Positions 39,850-50,966 of a stretch of 64,000 nt of DNA are shown here, one piece after another. This stretch comes from Sedimentisphaerales bacterium (GTDB lineage: Bacteria > Planctomycetota > Phycisphaerae > Sedimentisphaerales > Anaerobacaceae): contig OY970194.1 in assembly GCA_963708075.1 (NCBI GenBank), positions 3,360,001 through 3,424,000 on the forward strand. The letters run 5' to 3'. The number at the start of each line of letters is the position of its first letter. Within the stretch, counting starts at the first letter, position 1. Under the pieces are notes generated by a model. The model searched no databases. It worked only from the letters and a program-made list of their open reading frames with translations, and was not told the origin of the DNA. A program made the translations under genes and the position numbers.

Positions 39850-42537
39850 ATGGACTCATCGCATAGGGAATCTCCTCCACAGTGGCATACACTATCCGTC
39901 GAGCAGGTACGCTCGCAACTGCACACCACATCGGCGGGCCTGAGCAGCGCGGAAGCCGCCCGCCGCCTGGCCGAGTACGGTCCCAACGAGTTGCAGGCAG
40001 GCCGGCGCACCCCGGCATGGGCCCTGCTCCTCGGGCAGTTCAAGAACGTGCTTATCATCATTCTGCTCATCGCCACGGCGCTTTCGGCTGTTCTCGGGCA
40101 CAGCCTCGAAGCCGTCGCGATCATCATCATTGTGCTGTTCGCCGTGCTGCTCGGATTTTTCCAGGAGTACCGTGCCGAGCGCGCCATCGAGGCATTGCGC
40201 GAGATGGCCGCACCTACGGCGACCGTCCTGCGGGATGGACGCGAGGCAGAGGCGCCTGCCCGGGATCTGGTACGCGGAGACGTCATTCTCCTGGAAGCCG
40301 GTGACAAGGTCCCCGCCGATGTGCGACTGATCGAGGCGGTGAACCTGCAAATGGAGGAAGCAGCCCTGACGGGCGAATCGGTCCCGGTCGAAAAGCATAC
40401 GGATGCATTGAGCGACCCCGGGCTGGCAGTGGGAGACCGCAGGAATATGGGCTACGCCGGCACAGCGGTCACCTATGGCCGCGGCAGGGCCGTGGTCGTC
40501 GCCACCGCCATGGATACCGAGTTTGGCAAGATCGCCAAAATGCTCGAGACGGTGGAAACCAGCCGCACCCCCCTGCAGGAGAACCTGGACAAGGTGGGCC
40601 GTGTCCTGGCTGTTGCCGCGCTCATCATCGTGGCGGTAATCATCGGCCTGGGATTATTCCGCGGTCAGCCGTTCATCGAAATGATCATCTTCGGCGTTGC
40701 TCTGGCGGTGGCCGTGGTCCCCGAGGCCCTGCCTGCTGTCGTGACAATCTCGCTGGCCATCGGCGTGCAGCGGATGGTCAAACGCAACGCCTTGATCCGC
40801 CATCTGCCTGCCGTGGAGACGCTGGGCAGCACCTCGGTCATCTGTTCCGACAAGACCGGCACGTTGACGAAAGACGAGATGACGGCCCGCGAGATCTTCG
40901 TGGCGGGACAAACGATTCAGGTCTCCGGCAGCGGCTACGAGCCGCAAGGGCAATTCCTGCGCGACGGCCAACCCATTGAACCACCCGCCCCGCTGACACG
41001 GCTGCTGCAGGCGGCGGTGCTGGCCTCCGATGTCCGGCTGGTTCAGACCGAAGGCCGCTGGCACATCCAGGGCGATCCGACGGAAGGGGCGCTGGTAGTG
41101 GCTGCGGCCAAAGCCGGGTTGGACAAGCCGGATGTAGACGCACGGTGGCCTCGCGTGAATGAGATCCCGTTCTCGTCGGAAGCCAAGCGTATGACTACGC
41201 TGCACGAGGGGCCGGAGGGCGTGGTCGCCTATGCCAAGGGCGCTCCCGAGGTCATCATCGGCTCCTGCACGCGACAGTTGACGGAACAGGGGGACCAGCC
41301 GCTGGATGAGGCCGGGTGGAAGGCGATCCTGGCCGCCGCTCACCAGATGGCTGACCGGGCGCTGCGCGTGCTGGCCGTCGCGGAGAAATCCGGCGCAACG
41401 ATTGATGAAGCCGAGCGGGAAATGACCTTCCTCGGCCTGGTGGGGATGATCGACCCGCCGCGTCCGGAGGCAAAGGCCGGCATTCAAACCTGCGAGCAGG
41501 CGGGCATCAAGACCGTGATGATTACCGGCGACCACCCCACCACTGCCCAGGCCGTGGCACGCGAGCTGGGCTTGCTCAAGGCGGGACAGGTCATTACGGG
41601 CAACGAGCTGGAGGCGACGAGCCAGAGTGACTTCGAACGAAAGGTCGAGGACATCGAGGTCTATGCCCGCGTGTCGCCGGCGCACAAGCTGCGTGTGGTC
41701 ACGGCCCTTCAGAAGAAAGGCCACGTCGTCGCGATGACCGGCGACGGAGTGAACGACGCGCCGGCCCTCAAGAAGGCGGATATCGGCATTGCGATGGGCA
41801 TCACGGGCACCGACGTGACCAAAGAGGCGGCGGCCATGATGCTCACGGACGACAATTTCGCCTCGATCGTCGCGGCGGTGGAAGAGGGCCGCATCATCTA
41901 CGGCAACATCAAGAAATACCTGATGTACCTGTTGTCGTCGAACCTCGGCGAGATTGGCCTGATGGGCGTTGCATCTCTTCTGGGTTGGCCGTTGCCTCTG
42001 ACGGCCGTGCAGATCCTGTACGTCAACCTGGCCACCGACGGCCTGCCCGCCTTGGCCTTGGCCGTCGATCCGCCGGAGCCCGACCTGATGCGCCGTCCCC
42101 CGCGTCCCAAGGGCCAGGGCATCTTCACCCGTCCGGTCGTCGCGCTCATGAGCGTCGGAGGGATTTGGTCCGCCATCGTCAATCTGAGCCTTTTCGGTTG
42201 GGCGATCAGCACGCAGCGCATCGCCGAAGAAGCACAGACCATGGCCTTTGTCTCGCTCGTGCTGATCCAATTCTTAAAAGCCTACAACTTCCGTTCGGAC
42301 CGTCTCTCGGTCCTGCACAAGCCTTTTGCCAATAAATGGCTGAACCTGGCGATCGCGGCGGAACTGATTCTGCTGGTGCCGATCATTTATCTGCCCGTGC
42401 TGCATGAGCCGTTCGGCACGTTCAGTCTGCCGCTGGTGGACTGGATCATAATCATCGCCCTATCACTGACGATCTCGCCGGTGCTGGAGCTGGCCAAGTG
42501 GATGGAGCGTCGCGGCTGGTTCGGAATCCTGCGGTAA
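39850..42537 (+). CDS. Second P-type ATPase, type IIA-like
   Basis: 'LTGES', 'VPEALP', 'CSDKTGTLT', 'KGAPE', 'TGDGVNDAP', 'SSNLGE', 'NLATDG'. Confidence 0.93.
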   Translation: MDSSHRESPPQWHTLSVEQVRSQLHTTSAGLSSAEAARRLAEYGPNELQAGRRTPAWALLLGQFKNVLIIILLIATALSAVLGHSLEAVAIIIIVLFAVLLGFFQEYRAERAIEALREMAAPTATVLRDGREAEAPARDLVRGDVILLEAGDKVPADVRLIEAVNLQMEEAALTGESVPVEKHTDALSDPGLAVGDRRNMGYAGTAVTYGRGRAVVVATAMDTEFGKIAKMLETVETSRTPLQENLDKVGRVLAVAALIIVAVIIGLGLFRGQPFIEMIIFGVALAVAVVPEALPAVVTISLAIGVQRMVKRNALIRHLPAVETLGSTSVICSDKTGTLTKDEMTAREIFVAGQTIQVSGSGYEPQGQFLRDGQPIEPPAPLTRLLQAAVLASDVRLVQTEGRWHIQGDPTEGALVVAAAKAGLDKPDVDARWPRVNEIPFSSEAKRMTTLHEGPEGVVAYAKGAPEVIIGSCTRQLTEQGDQPLDEAGWKAILAAAHQMADRALRVLAVAEKSGATIDEAEREMTFLGLVGMIDPPRPEAKAGIQTCEQAGIKTVMITGDHPTTAQAVARELGLLKAGQVITGNELEATSQSDFERKVEDIEVYARVSPAHKLRVVTALQKKGHVVAMTGDGVNDAPALKKADIGIAMGITGTDVTKEAAAMMLTDDNFASIVAAVEEGRIIYGNIKKYLMYLLSSNLGEIGLMGVASLLGWPLPLTAVQILYVNLATDGLPALALAVDPPEPDLMRRPPRPKGQGIFTRPVVALMSVGGIWSAIVNLSLFGWAISTQRIAEEAQTMAFVSLVLIQFLKAYNFRSDRLSVLHKPFANKWLNLAIAAELILLVPIIYLPVLHEPFGTFSLPLVDWIIIIALSLTISPVLELAKWMERRGWFGILR

Positions 42538-42612
42538 TGCGTTGACAGGCTCTGCGCCAACGGTACCATCTTGTGCGGCTTGCACAACAATGTGGACCGA
42601 AGGAATCATCCG

Positions 42613-43608
42613 ATGAAGAAGCTATGGGTAAATGCTGTTCCGTACAATAAGCAAGTTGCCATCGCCGCCCTGGAAAGCGGAGCGGAGGCGGTCGTTCTTC
42701 CGGAGGGCCAGAGCGATACCGTCCGACAGTTCGGGAAGATCAAGACGGTCGAGCCCAAGGGCGACATCAAACCCGGCGTGGACGTTGAGTTCATCGACAT
42801 CGCGGGCAAGGCCGATGAGGACCGCGCCTCCACCGTGCCGGGGAACAAGCTCGTTGTGCTGAAGATGCTCGACTGGACGATCATCCCTATCGAGAACCTG
42901 CTGGCCCGCCGGGGCAGGAACATCATGGTCCAGGTGGAGAACAGCGAGCAGGCTCGGCTGATGGTCGAGATCCTCGAGCAAGGCGTCGATGGCGTCGTGC
43001 TCAACACCACCGACATCAACGAGATCAAGAAGACCGCCGAGATCATCCAGGGTGTCAGTGAGAGGATCGAGCTCGTCGAAGCCACGATCAAGACCGCAAA
43101 ACAGCTCGGCATGGGCGACCGCTCCTGCCTCGACACCTGCACCCAGATGGCCGTCGGCGAAGGGATGCTCGTAGGCAATACCGCATCGGGCTTCTTTCTC
43201 GTTCACTCGGAGTCGATTGACAACCCGTACGTCGCGTCGCGTCCCTTCCGCGTCAACGCCGGCGCTGTCCACGCCTACATTCTCACGCCCGGCGGCAAAA
43301 CGAAGTACCTGGCCGACCTCAAGGCCGGCGACGAGGTCATGCTCGTGGACTATCAGGGCCGCACCCAGACCGCCTATCTCGGCCGCAACAAGATCGAGCG
43401 ACGTCCCATGATGCTCATCGAGGCCGAAGCTGAAGGCCAGCCCATCACCCTGGTCCTGCAAAACGCCGAGACAATCCGTCTCATGGATGCGCAAGGCAAA
43501 GCCATCTCCATCACGAACCTGAAGCCCGGCGACAAGGTCCTGGCCCATGTGGAGAAATCCGGCCGGCACTTCGGCATGAAAGTCGAAGAAAGCCTGATCG
43601 AGCGATGA
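42613..43608 (+). CDS. 3-dehydroquinate synthase II (archaeal-type AroB')
   Basis: 'DWTIIPIENLLA', 'GMGDRSCLDTC', 'GEGMLVG', 'HSE...PYVASRPFRVNAGAVHAY', 'KIERRPM', 'LQNAETIRL', 'GRHFG...E...ER'. Confidence 0.9.
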   Translation: MKKLWVNAVPYNKQVAIAALESGAEAVVLPEGQSDTVRQFGKIKTVEPKGDIKPGVDVEFIDIAGKADEDRASTVPGNKLVVLKMLDWTIIPIENLLARRGRNIMVQVENSEQARLMVEILEQGVDGVVLNTTDINEIKKTAEIIQGVSERIELVEATIKTAKQLGMGDRSCLDTCTQMAVGEGMLVGNTASGFFLVHSESIDNPYVASRPFRVNAGAVHAYILTPGGKTKYLADLKAGDEVMLVDYQGRTQTAYLGRNKIERRPMMLIEAEAEGQPITLVLQNAETIRLMDAQGKAISITNLKPGDKVLAHVEKSGRHFGMKVEESLIER

Positions 43609-43662
43609 AGGTGCCCGGGTAGATGCGCTGGTGCCACAGATCAGCGGCGCAGTAATGCAATC

Positions 43663-45370
43663 CTATCTTGACTCCGATTCGGCCCTCGGTGCATCGTACA
43701 GGCTGCGTCGAATCGCTTCCCGCTGTTCGGCCGCTGCACCATAGTCCATGTGGTCGCCGGCGGTCACCGCTTCCGCCAGGGCAACGCCGACCTCGGCTTC
43801 ACCGGCAGCGACGACGCTGGCGCCTGCACGACGTAGCGCGGGGGCGTCGCGAAGATGGGCGCAGCGTGCGAGGACACGCAGATCGGGATTGAGGAGGCGC
43901 GCTTGCCTGATGACCTCAGCGGCGTCCTCGATATCCGCACTCAGGATCAGGCTGCCGGCCGTCGCGATGCCGGCGTCTTCGAGAGTCTCGGGTCGCAGGA
44001 CGTCGCCGTACACTGCCGCCAGACCCTTGGCGCGCAGGCGGCGCACCGTATCGAGGTTGAGATCGATCACCGTGATTGCAGCGCCACGGTCGGTGAGGAG
44101 CCGTTGCACGATCTTGCCAACCGGACCATAGCCTACCAGGATGCAGCGACTGGGATCTATCGCTGGACGCTCGCCTGCGCCGAACCCGAGTGAGCCTGAC
44201 AGGCGTTGACGATAATCGGCGAGCCCAGCGATAAATGGAAGGATTCAACGCGATCGAGATGATGGAGGCGGCCACCAGGGCGTTCCAGCCGGTGTCGTTG
44301 ATCAGCCCCAGGTTGCGAGCGACCGAGCCGAGGATGAAGCTGAACTCGCCTACCTGAGAGAAGGCCGCTCCGACCGGTATGGCCGTCGCCAAGGGTACTC
44401 CGAGAGCTCGCACAGTCAACAGGGCGGCAAGGGGCTTGCCGATGACCACCACCGCCAGCACCACCACGATCGGCAGTGGAGCCTGCACGAGACTTGAGGG
44501 GTTGAACAGCATGCCGACCGAGACGAAGAAGAGCACCGCGAACGCGTCGCGCATCGGCACCGCATCACCGGCTGCTCGGGCCGCAAACTCAGAGCGGCCG
44601 ACGGCCAGTCCGGCCAGAAACGCCCCGAGCGCCATCGACACACCGAACAGCGTGGCGGAACCGACCGCAATCCCCAGAGCAAGGACCAGCACCGCCAGGG
44701 TGAACAGCTCGCGCGAGCGGGTCTTCTCGATCCGCTCCAGTGCCCAGGGGATCACCCACCGGCCAAGCAGCACCACGACGGCGACCAGGCCCACGACCTT
44801 GAGCGCTGCCAGTCCGAGCACGGCCCCGGCGCTCTGGTTTGTACCCCCGCCCGGAGCAAAGATGATCGGCAGCAGCAGCAGCATGGCCACGGTGAGGAGG
44901 TCCTCCACCACGGTCCAGCCGATGGCGATGTAACCGATCTGCGTGTGCAGATCGCGCCGTTCGGCCAGTACCAGGGCCATCACGACCGTGCTGGCAACCG
45001 AAATCGCCATTCCCAGGATGATGCCCGAAATCCAATTCCAGCCCAGCAGGCGCAACAGCAATGCCAACACGGTCGTGGACAGTGTGCTCTGAATCAGCGC
45101 GCCCGGCACGGCCACGCGCCAGACCGCAACCAGCTCGCGCAAGTGAAAGCGTAACCCGATCCCGAAGAGCAACAGAATGACGCCAATCTCGGCGAACTGC
45201 TCCGCGACCGCGCGGTTGGCGACGAAGCCCGGGGTGAAGGGACCTACCGCAATACCAGCCAGCAGGTAGCCAACGATGGGGGACAACTTCAGCCGGTGCG
45301 CGAGATAGCCGAAGACCAAGGCTCCAGCTAAGCCCCCGGCGAAGGTTATCAGCATGCTAAGCTCATCCAT
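43663..45370 (-). CDS. CPA2 cation:proton antiporter with C-terminal TrkA-N domain (YbaL/RosB-like); frameshift near 44170-44200
   Basis: 'SPIVGYLLAG...GPFTPG', 'AEIGVILLLFGIGL', 'LGAFLAG', 'PMRDAFAVLFFVSVG', 'SQVGEFSFIL'. The TrkA-N part 'ILVGYGPVG...VIDLN...VYGD' is one frame over. Confidence 0.85.
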
Positions 45371-45808
45371 CGTCAACTCCCGCAGAGAGCCCGGTCACAT
45401 CAACGACGTGGCTTCGTTGATGTGCCACCTGAATGATGCCTCCAGTACTCGATGTATGCCCGATGGCATTCAGGGCAGACCCAATCGATTACATCTCTCG
45501 TGTACGGGGTGTTGTCGGTTCTCCAAGTTGTACCTGTGGCCCCCATGGTTGGGGAAGTTCTCTCTGGCCACCTCACCATAATCCCGCACATAGACAAGTT
45601 CTCCGGCCACCGATATTCTCTCAGGATGCATTCTGGACGCATGGACAGAGCACATTGGCGCCGATCCCCAATGTCCCTGGGTCAGGTCCAAAGGACGACA
45701 TCCCGTCACCGCCAATATTGAGTACGCCAGAAGCGGGTATGTGAATATAGTTTTCAAAACTGGTGCAAGCCGCCAGACCATGGGCTCTGTCTTCTCCATA
45801 CACTGTAC

Positions 45809-46957
<1,149 letters not shown>

Positions 46958-47126
46958 CTATCGGCAATACAACTCTAAGTCAATCCCCTCGGGCAAAACC
47001 TGATGAGGCAGAATCGTCCTTCTTCTCTGCGATGATTCATACACTCGATGATAACCTGACGTACCATGTGAATCAGGAATGTTGGCCAATCGTCGGGACA
47101 CGCCTCCCAGGGAAACGGAGAACTCC

Positions 47127-47450
47127 TCACTGGCTCAGTTTCAGGCCTACGACGCCGGTGAGGATGAGCAGGAAGGAGAGGATTCGCAGGAGACTTGCGG
47201 GGTCGGCGAAGAAGGCGAGGCCGATAAGGAAGGTGCCGGCGGCGCCGATGCCGGTCCAGACGGCATAGGCCGTGCCGATGGGGATGTCTCGCTGGGCCAG
47301 CCAGAGGAAAAAACCGCTCAGCGCCATCGACAATACCGCCAGGGCGATGAAATGCCACTTAAAGCGCGTCGTTTGGGACAGCTTGAACCCCAGCGGCCAG
47401 CCGATCTCAAACATACTGGCAATCAGAAGGTACAGCCATTCGAGTCTCAT
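47127..47450 (-). CDS. SMR-family transporter (SugE/Gdx-like)
   Basis: 107 aa, four TM helices, conserved Glu in 'FEIGW', 'IPIGTAYAVWTGIGA', 'GVVGLKL'. Confidence 0.88.
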   Translation of the reverse strand: MRLEWLYLLIASMFEIGWPLGFKLSQTTRFKWHFIALAVLSMALSGFFLWLAQRDIPIGTAYAVWTGIGAAGTFLIGLAFFADPASLLRILSFLLILTGVVGLKLSQ

Positions 47451-47469
47451 TCCAGGGCATCGAACATAA

Positions 47470-47560
47470 CGGGTGGCAGCGCCAAGGCCGCAGCCCTTGG
47501 CAATGGCTCCACGGCATCACAAGAAGACCATCGCCAAGCTGCGCTTGACGCTGCCACCCG
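47470..47560. repeat. Inverted doublet of the CGGGTGGCAGCG repeat family
   Basis: CGGGTGGCAGCGCCAAG ... CTTGACGCTGCCACCCG (16/17 complementary), each half with an internal hairpin. Confidence 0.75.
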
Positions 47561-47613
47561 GATGAGGCTAAACACGTACATTTGTGCACAAATTCGTGGG
47601 GGGACCAGGCTGT

Positions 47614-48105
47614 TTACTCCTTTTCCTTTTCAATGATCTTGCCGGTGTCCGTGAGTTTCAGAGTGATCGCGGTCCCGCCCTTCTTGCCTTCGACCTCATA
47701 GTACGTCTTGCCCTTTTCGATCTCCCTGTTTGCCACGAGCCCCTCGCTGGAGCCGAAGTATCGCGCGGCGGCGGTTCGAACTGCGTCCGGCAACGAGGCG
47801 TACGGAACGCTCTCCTCCGTGGAGAGCACCGTGCCGTCGGCGGCGACGTCGTACTCGACGCTCTTACCCTGCGACTTGCCTTCCACATCGTAGATGGCCT
47901 TGTCGCCCTCGCCCTCTTTCTCGATCTTGGCAATCTCGCCTCCGGCCATCAGCTTATCTATGGCCGCTTTAGCCGGCGCGGGGACATCCGACAATGTCAC
48001 CGCCTGGGCGGGCGCCTCCTTCGTCTGACACCAGGGGCACTTGCAGCCAGAAAGCCCCGCAACCAAAACGATCACCACAACAGCCTGAAGAATTCGGTAC
48101 TGCAT
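47614..48105 (-). CDS. Lipoprotein with two PepSY-like repeats
   Basis: Lipobox 'LSGC'. Two repeats of the form 'V.L..vP..vk.A...IEKE.E.....Y.VEG...G'. Confidence 0.7.
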   Translation of the reverse strand: MQYRILQAVVVIVLVAGLSGCKCPWCQTKEAPAQAVTLSDVPAPAKAAIDKLMAGGEIAKIEKEGEGDKAIYDVEGKSQGKSVEYDVAADGTVLSTEESVPYASLPDAVRTAAARYFGSSEGLVANREIEKGKTYYEVEGKKGGTAITLKLTDTGKIIEKEKE

Positions 48106-48347
48106 CGTAGAATCTCCTTTCCATGCGGCATCTCCTGAACATCCTGGTCACCCAAGCGCATGCCGCGGCGCCGACGATGCCTTATCCTGTGACACAAAAC
48201 ATCGAATCCTCCTCCGCTTACGCGGAAACAGTAGCATGGAACATTCGCCGAGTCAATAGGCCATTTCTGTCGACGCCCGGACGGGGTGCGGTCGGCATAC
48301 GGTGGCGGATTCGGATTCCACCTGACACAAGAGCGCAGCCCAGTCTT

Positions 48348-48558
48348 CTTTCGCCCCTACGGGGCTTTGGGATGTGATTGGCTATCGTACCCACCGTTGA
48401 AACGGTGGGCTAGTGTCGATCGCCCCCGTGGGGCGGACGAGCCGACGCAAGAGGACTGAAGCGAAGTCCAAGCCCGCAGGGCGATAGAGAATAGCCCAGC
48501 GATTGATCGCTGGGGAACCGGGGCCGAGGACAAAAGCCAGTCCCGTAAGGGACGAAAG
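48348..48558. repeat. Inverted pair of three-hairpin REP-cluster units
   Basis: CTTTCGCCCCTACGGGGCT..CCCACCGTTGAAACGGTGGGCTA..TCGCCCCCGTGGGGC (48348-48434), with a diverged inverted copy at 48471-48558 that has the same three stems. Confidence 0.7.
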
Positions 48559-48646
48559 AGGCGCTGTCCGCACACGGCGGCTACACGCCGCCACCGAAAT
48601 CAGACCACACCCCCCGGACGAGGCAGGTCTGCTCCCACCGGATGGT

Positions 48647-49546
48647 TCAGCGGTCGATCTCGATGTCCTGGAATGAGAGCGGGTCGTCCACCGGCTCCAA
48701 GTGCGTGAACACCGTGACGCCGGAGAGCACGCCACGAATGTCCTTCTCCACGTCCTCCACCAGATGATGGCCTTTATGGACGCTCCACCTCCCGGGAACC
48801 AGGACGTGAATGGATACAAACCGCCGGCCGGCCGCCTGGCGAGTCCGCAGCGCGTGGAACTCGACCCCCTGTTCCTTGTACTTGTCCAGAGCCTTCAGGA
48901 CCTGCTCGTGTTCCTCCGGAGGCAGCGCTGTGTCCATGAGCCCCGCGACCGAGCGTCGCATGAGATGGTAGCCCGTTCGCACGATGTTGACAGCCACGAC
49001 CATCGCTATGATCGGGTCCAGCGGTTGCCAGCCGGTCAGCACCACGGCCCCGACGCCGGCGATCACGGCCACCGAGGTCCACACATCCGTCATGAGGTGG
49101 TGGGCATCGGCCTCCAGCGTGATGGAGCTGTGCCTCTTTCCGACGTTCAGCAGGATGCGGGCAACGATGAAATTGACGGCCGAGGCAACCATCGAGATGG
49201 CCAACCCGGCGCCGGGCTGCTCGATGGCGCGAGGGACGAGGATGCGATGAATGGCGGCGGCGCCGATACTGATCGCCGCGACGAGGATCAGGGCTCCCTC
49301 GGCGCCGCTGGCGAAATACTCCGCCTTACTGTGCCCGTAGGGGTGCTCCTCATCCGCCGGACGCGCGGCGATAATCAGCATGGACAAAGCGATGATCGCG
49401 GCCACCAGATTGACCAGCGATTCCAGCGCGTCCGAGAGCAGGCCGACTGAGCCCGTCAGGAAATAGGCGAAGCTTTTGAGCGCGATCGTGATGACCGCGG
49501 CGGCAATGGACAGCCACGCATATCGTGTCAATGATGAGCGTTCCAC
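48647..49546 (-). CDS. Cation diffusion facilitator family transporter (FieF-like)
   Basis: '[12 protein letters not shown]', '[15 protein letters not shown]', '[15 protein letters not shown]', 'FTHLEP'. Confidence 0.92.
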   Translation of the reverse strand: MERSSLTRYAWLSIAAAVITIALKSFAYFLTGSVGLLSDALESLVNLVAAIIALSMLIIAARPADEEHPYGHSKAEYFASGAEGALILVAAISIGAAAIHRILVPRAIEQPGAGLAISMVASAVNFIVARILLNVGKRHSSITLEADAHHLMTDVWTSVAVIAGVGAVVLTGWQPLDPIIAMVVAVNIVRTGYHLMRRSVAGLMDTALPPEEHEQVLKALDKYKEQGVEFHALRTRQAAGRRFVSIHVLVPGRWSVHKGHHLVEDVEKDIRGVLSGVTVFTHLEPVDDPLSFQDIEIDR

Positions 49547-49832
49547 GTTCCGATCCCATTGTCCTTGGCGCCCCAGTCATGCATCATGCCGTTCCACAGT
49601 GGGGCCTCCACGTGTCTGTGCAAAGCGCCGGCAGGTCACAGCGGGCCTTCCTCGAGGCTGTCGCCTCGGAGCAGCTTGTCAGCCGGACGCCGGCGTCTGA
49701 TGATGCTCTTGACAACAGCAAATAACGATAGCATCACGGGCCAAGCGAATCAAGTGGACAAACGAGATTACCTTCGTTGCTTTGTGCGTTATGTGCGCAA
49801 ACCCACCGCCCCCTGCGGCACAAAGGCCCCCC

Positions 49833-50765
49833 CTACCTGCGTGCGTGCTCCCGCGACGTTCGATGTTTGACGAACGTGCCGTTACTGTAATCCTCGAAAG
49901 CGGTGCGCAGCTCCTCCTCGGTGTTCATCACGATGGGGCCGTACCAGGCGACCGGCTCCCCAATCGGCCGGCCGGACCACAGCAGAAAGCGGACAGGCTC
50001 CTCTTCCGTCGAGACCATAACCTCGTCGCCCGGCTGGAACAAGACGAGCATCCCGTTGCCAACGAACGGCTCTCGCTGCATGTCAAAGTAATTCGCCCCC
50101 TGCATCTCATACGTGAACGGGTCTTTCTCCCTGCAGAAGTAGCCCTTGCCCTCGATCACGTAGGCGAAGGCCGTGTGAGCCGGGTCGGTCGGGTGAAAGT
50201 GCTCGGAACCCGGCGGGACCGTTACATCCAGATAGACCGGGTCGGTCACGATGTCGCGAACGGGTCCCTGCGCGTCGGCAACCCGGCCGCAAATGATCCG
50301 AATCCGGGTGCCGTCATCCAATGCCACCTCGGGGATGTCCGCGGCCTTCACGTCCCGGTAGCGAGGGTCCATCATCTTGTGGCTTGCGGGCAGATTGGCC
50401 CATATCTGGAAACCCAACATCGCCCCGGCGGCATTGCCCTTGGGCATTTCCTGATGAATGATCCCGCTGCCGGCGGTCATCCACTGCACGTCCCCACCCC
50501 GGATGACGCCCTTATTGCCCATGCTGTCGCCGTGCTCGACCGTTCCGTCCAGAACATAGGTGATTGTCTCAATGCCCCGATGCGGATGCCAGGGGAAACC
50601 CTTGATGTAATCGGCAGGCCTGTTCGAGCGGAAATCGTCGAGCAGGAGAAACGGATCGAACAACGGCACCTCGTCAAATCCGAACGCACGCCGCAGGTGC
50701 ACACCTGCCCCTTCAATCGTAGGTGTGCTTCGCCATACCTTGTGAATCTTTCTTGTCTCGGCCAT
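49833..50765 (-). CDS. Pirin family protein
   Basis: 'DPFLLLD', 'GFPWHPHRGIETITY', 'HGDSMG', 'VQWMTAGSGIIHQE', 'GPIVMNT'. Confidence 0.93.
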   Translation of the reverse strand: MAETRKIHKVWRSTPTIEGAGVHLRRAFGFDEVPLFDPFLLLDDFRSNRPADYIKGFPWHPHRGIETITYVLDGTVEHGDSMGNKGVIRGGDVQWMTAGSGIIHQEMPKGNAAGAMLGFQIWANLPASHKMMDPRYRDVKAADIPEVALDDGTRIRIICGRVADAQGPVRDIVTDPVYLDVTVPPGSEHFHPTDPAHTAFAYVIEGKGYFCREKDPFTYEMQGANYFDMQREPFVGNGMLVLFQPGDEVMVSTEEEPVRFLLWSGRPIGEPVAWYGPIVMNTEEELRTAFEDYSNGTFVKHRTSREHARR

Positions 50766-50966
50766 TGTCTCACCTCGGTAGTGGAGTTCTCTCGATTACG
50801 GCGTTAGATCAGGCATCATGCCCTCATTTCCTCCATTTTAGCCGCCGACGGCCACGGGCGGCACAAGGTTTTTCCTGCATACGGCAATGACTTGCCCGAC
50901 GTTGCGCGTTACAATACCTGCCCGATATGGGTCACGATCCAGGATCAACTGATGGAGGTACAACGA

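Noticed and set aside
47451..47613. Guanidine riboswitch upstream of the SugE/Gdx-like gene
   Set aside because: No twin ACGR-loop hairpins or other guanidine aptamer hallmarks are visible. The structure present is the dispersed CGGGTGGCAGCG repeat.
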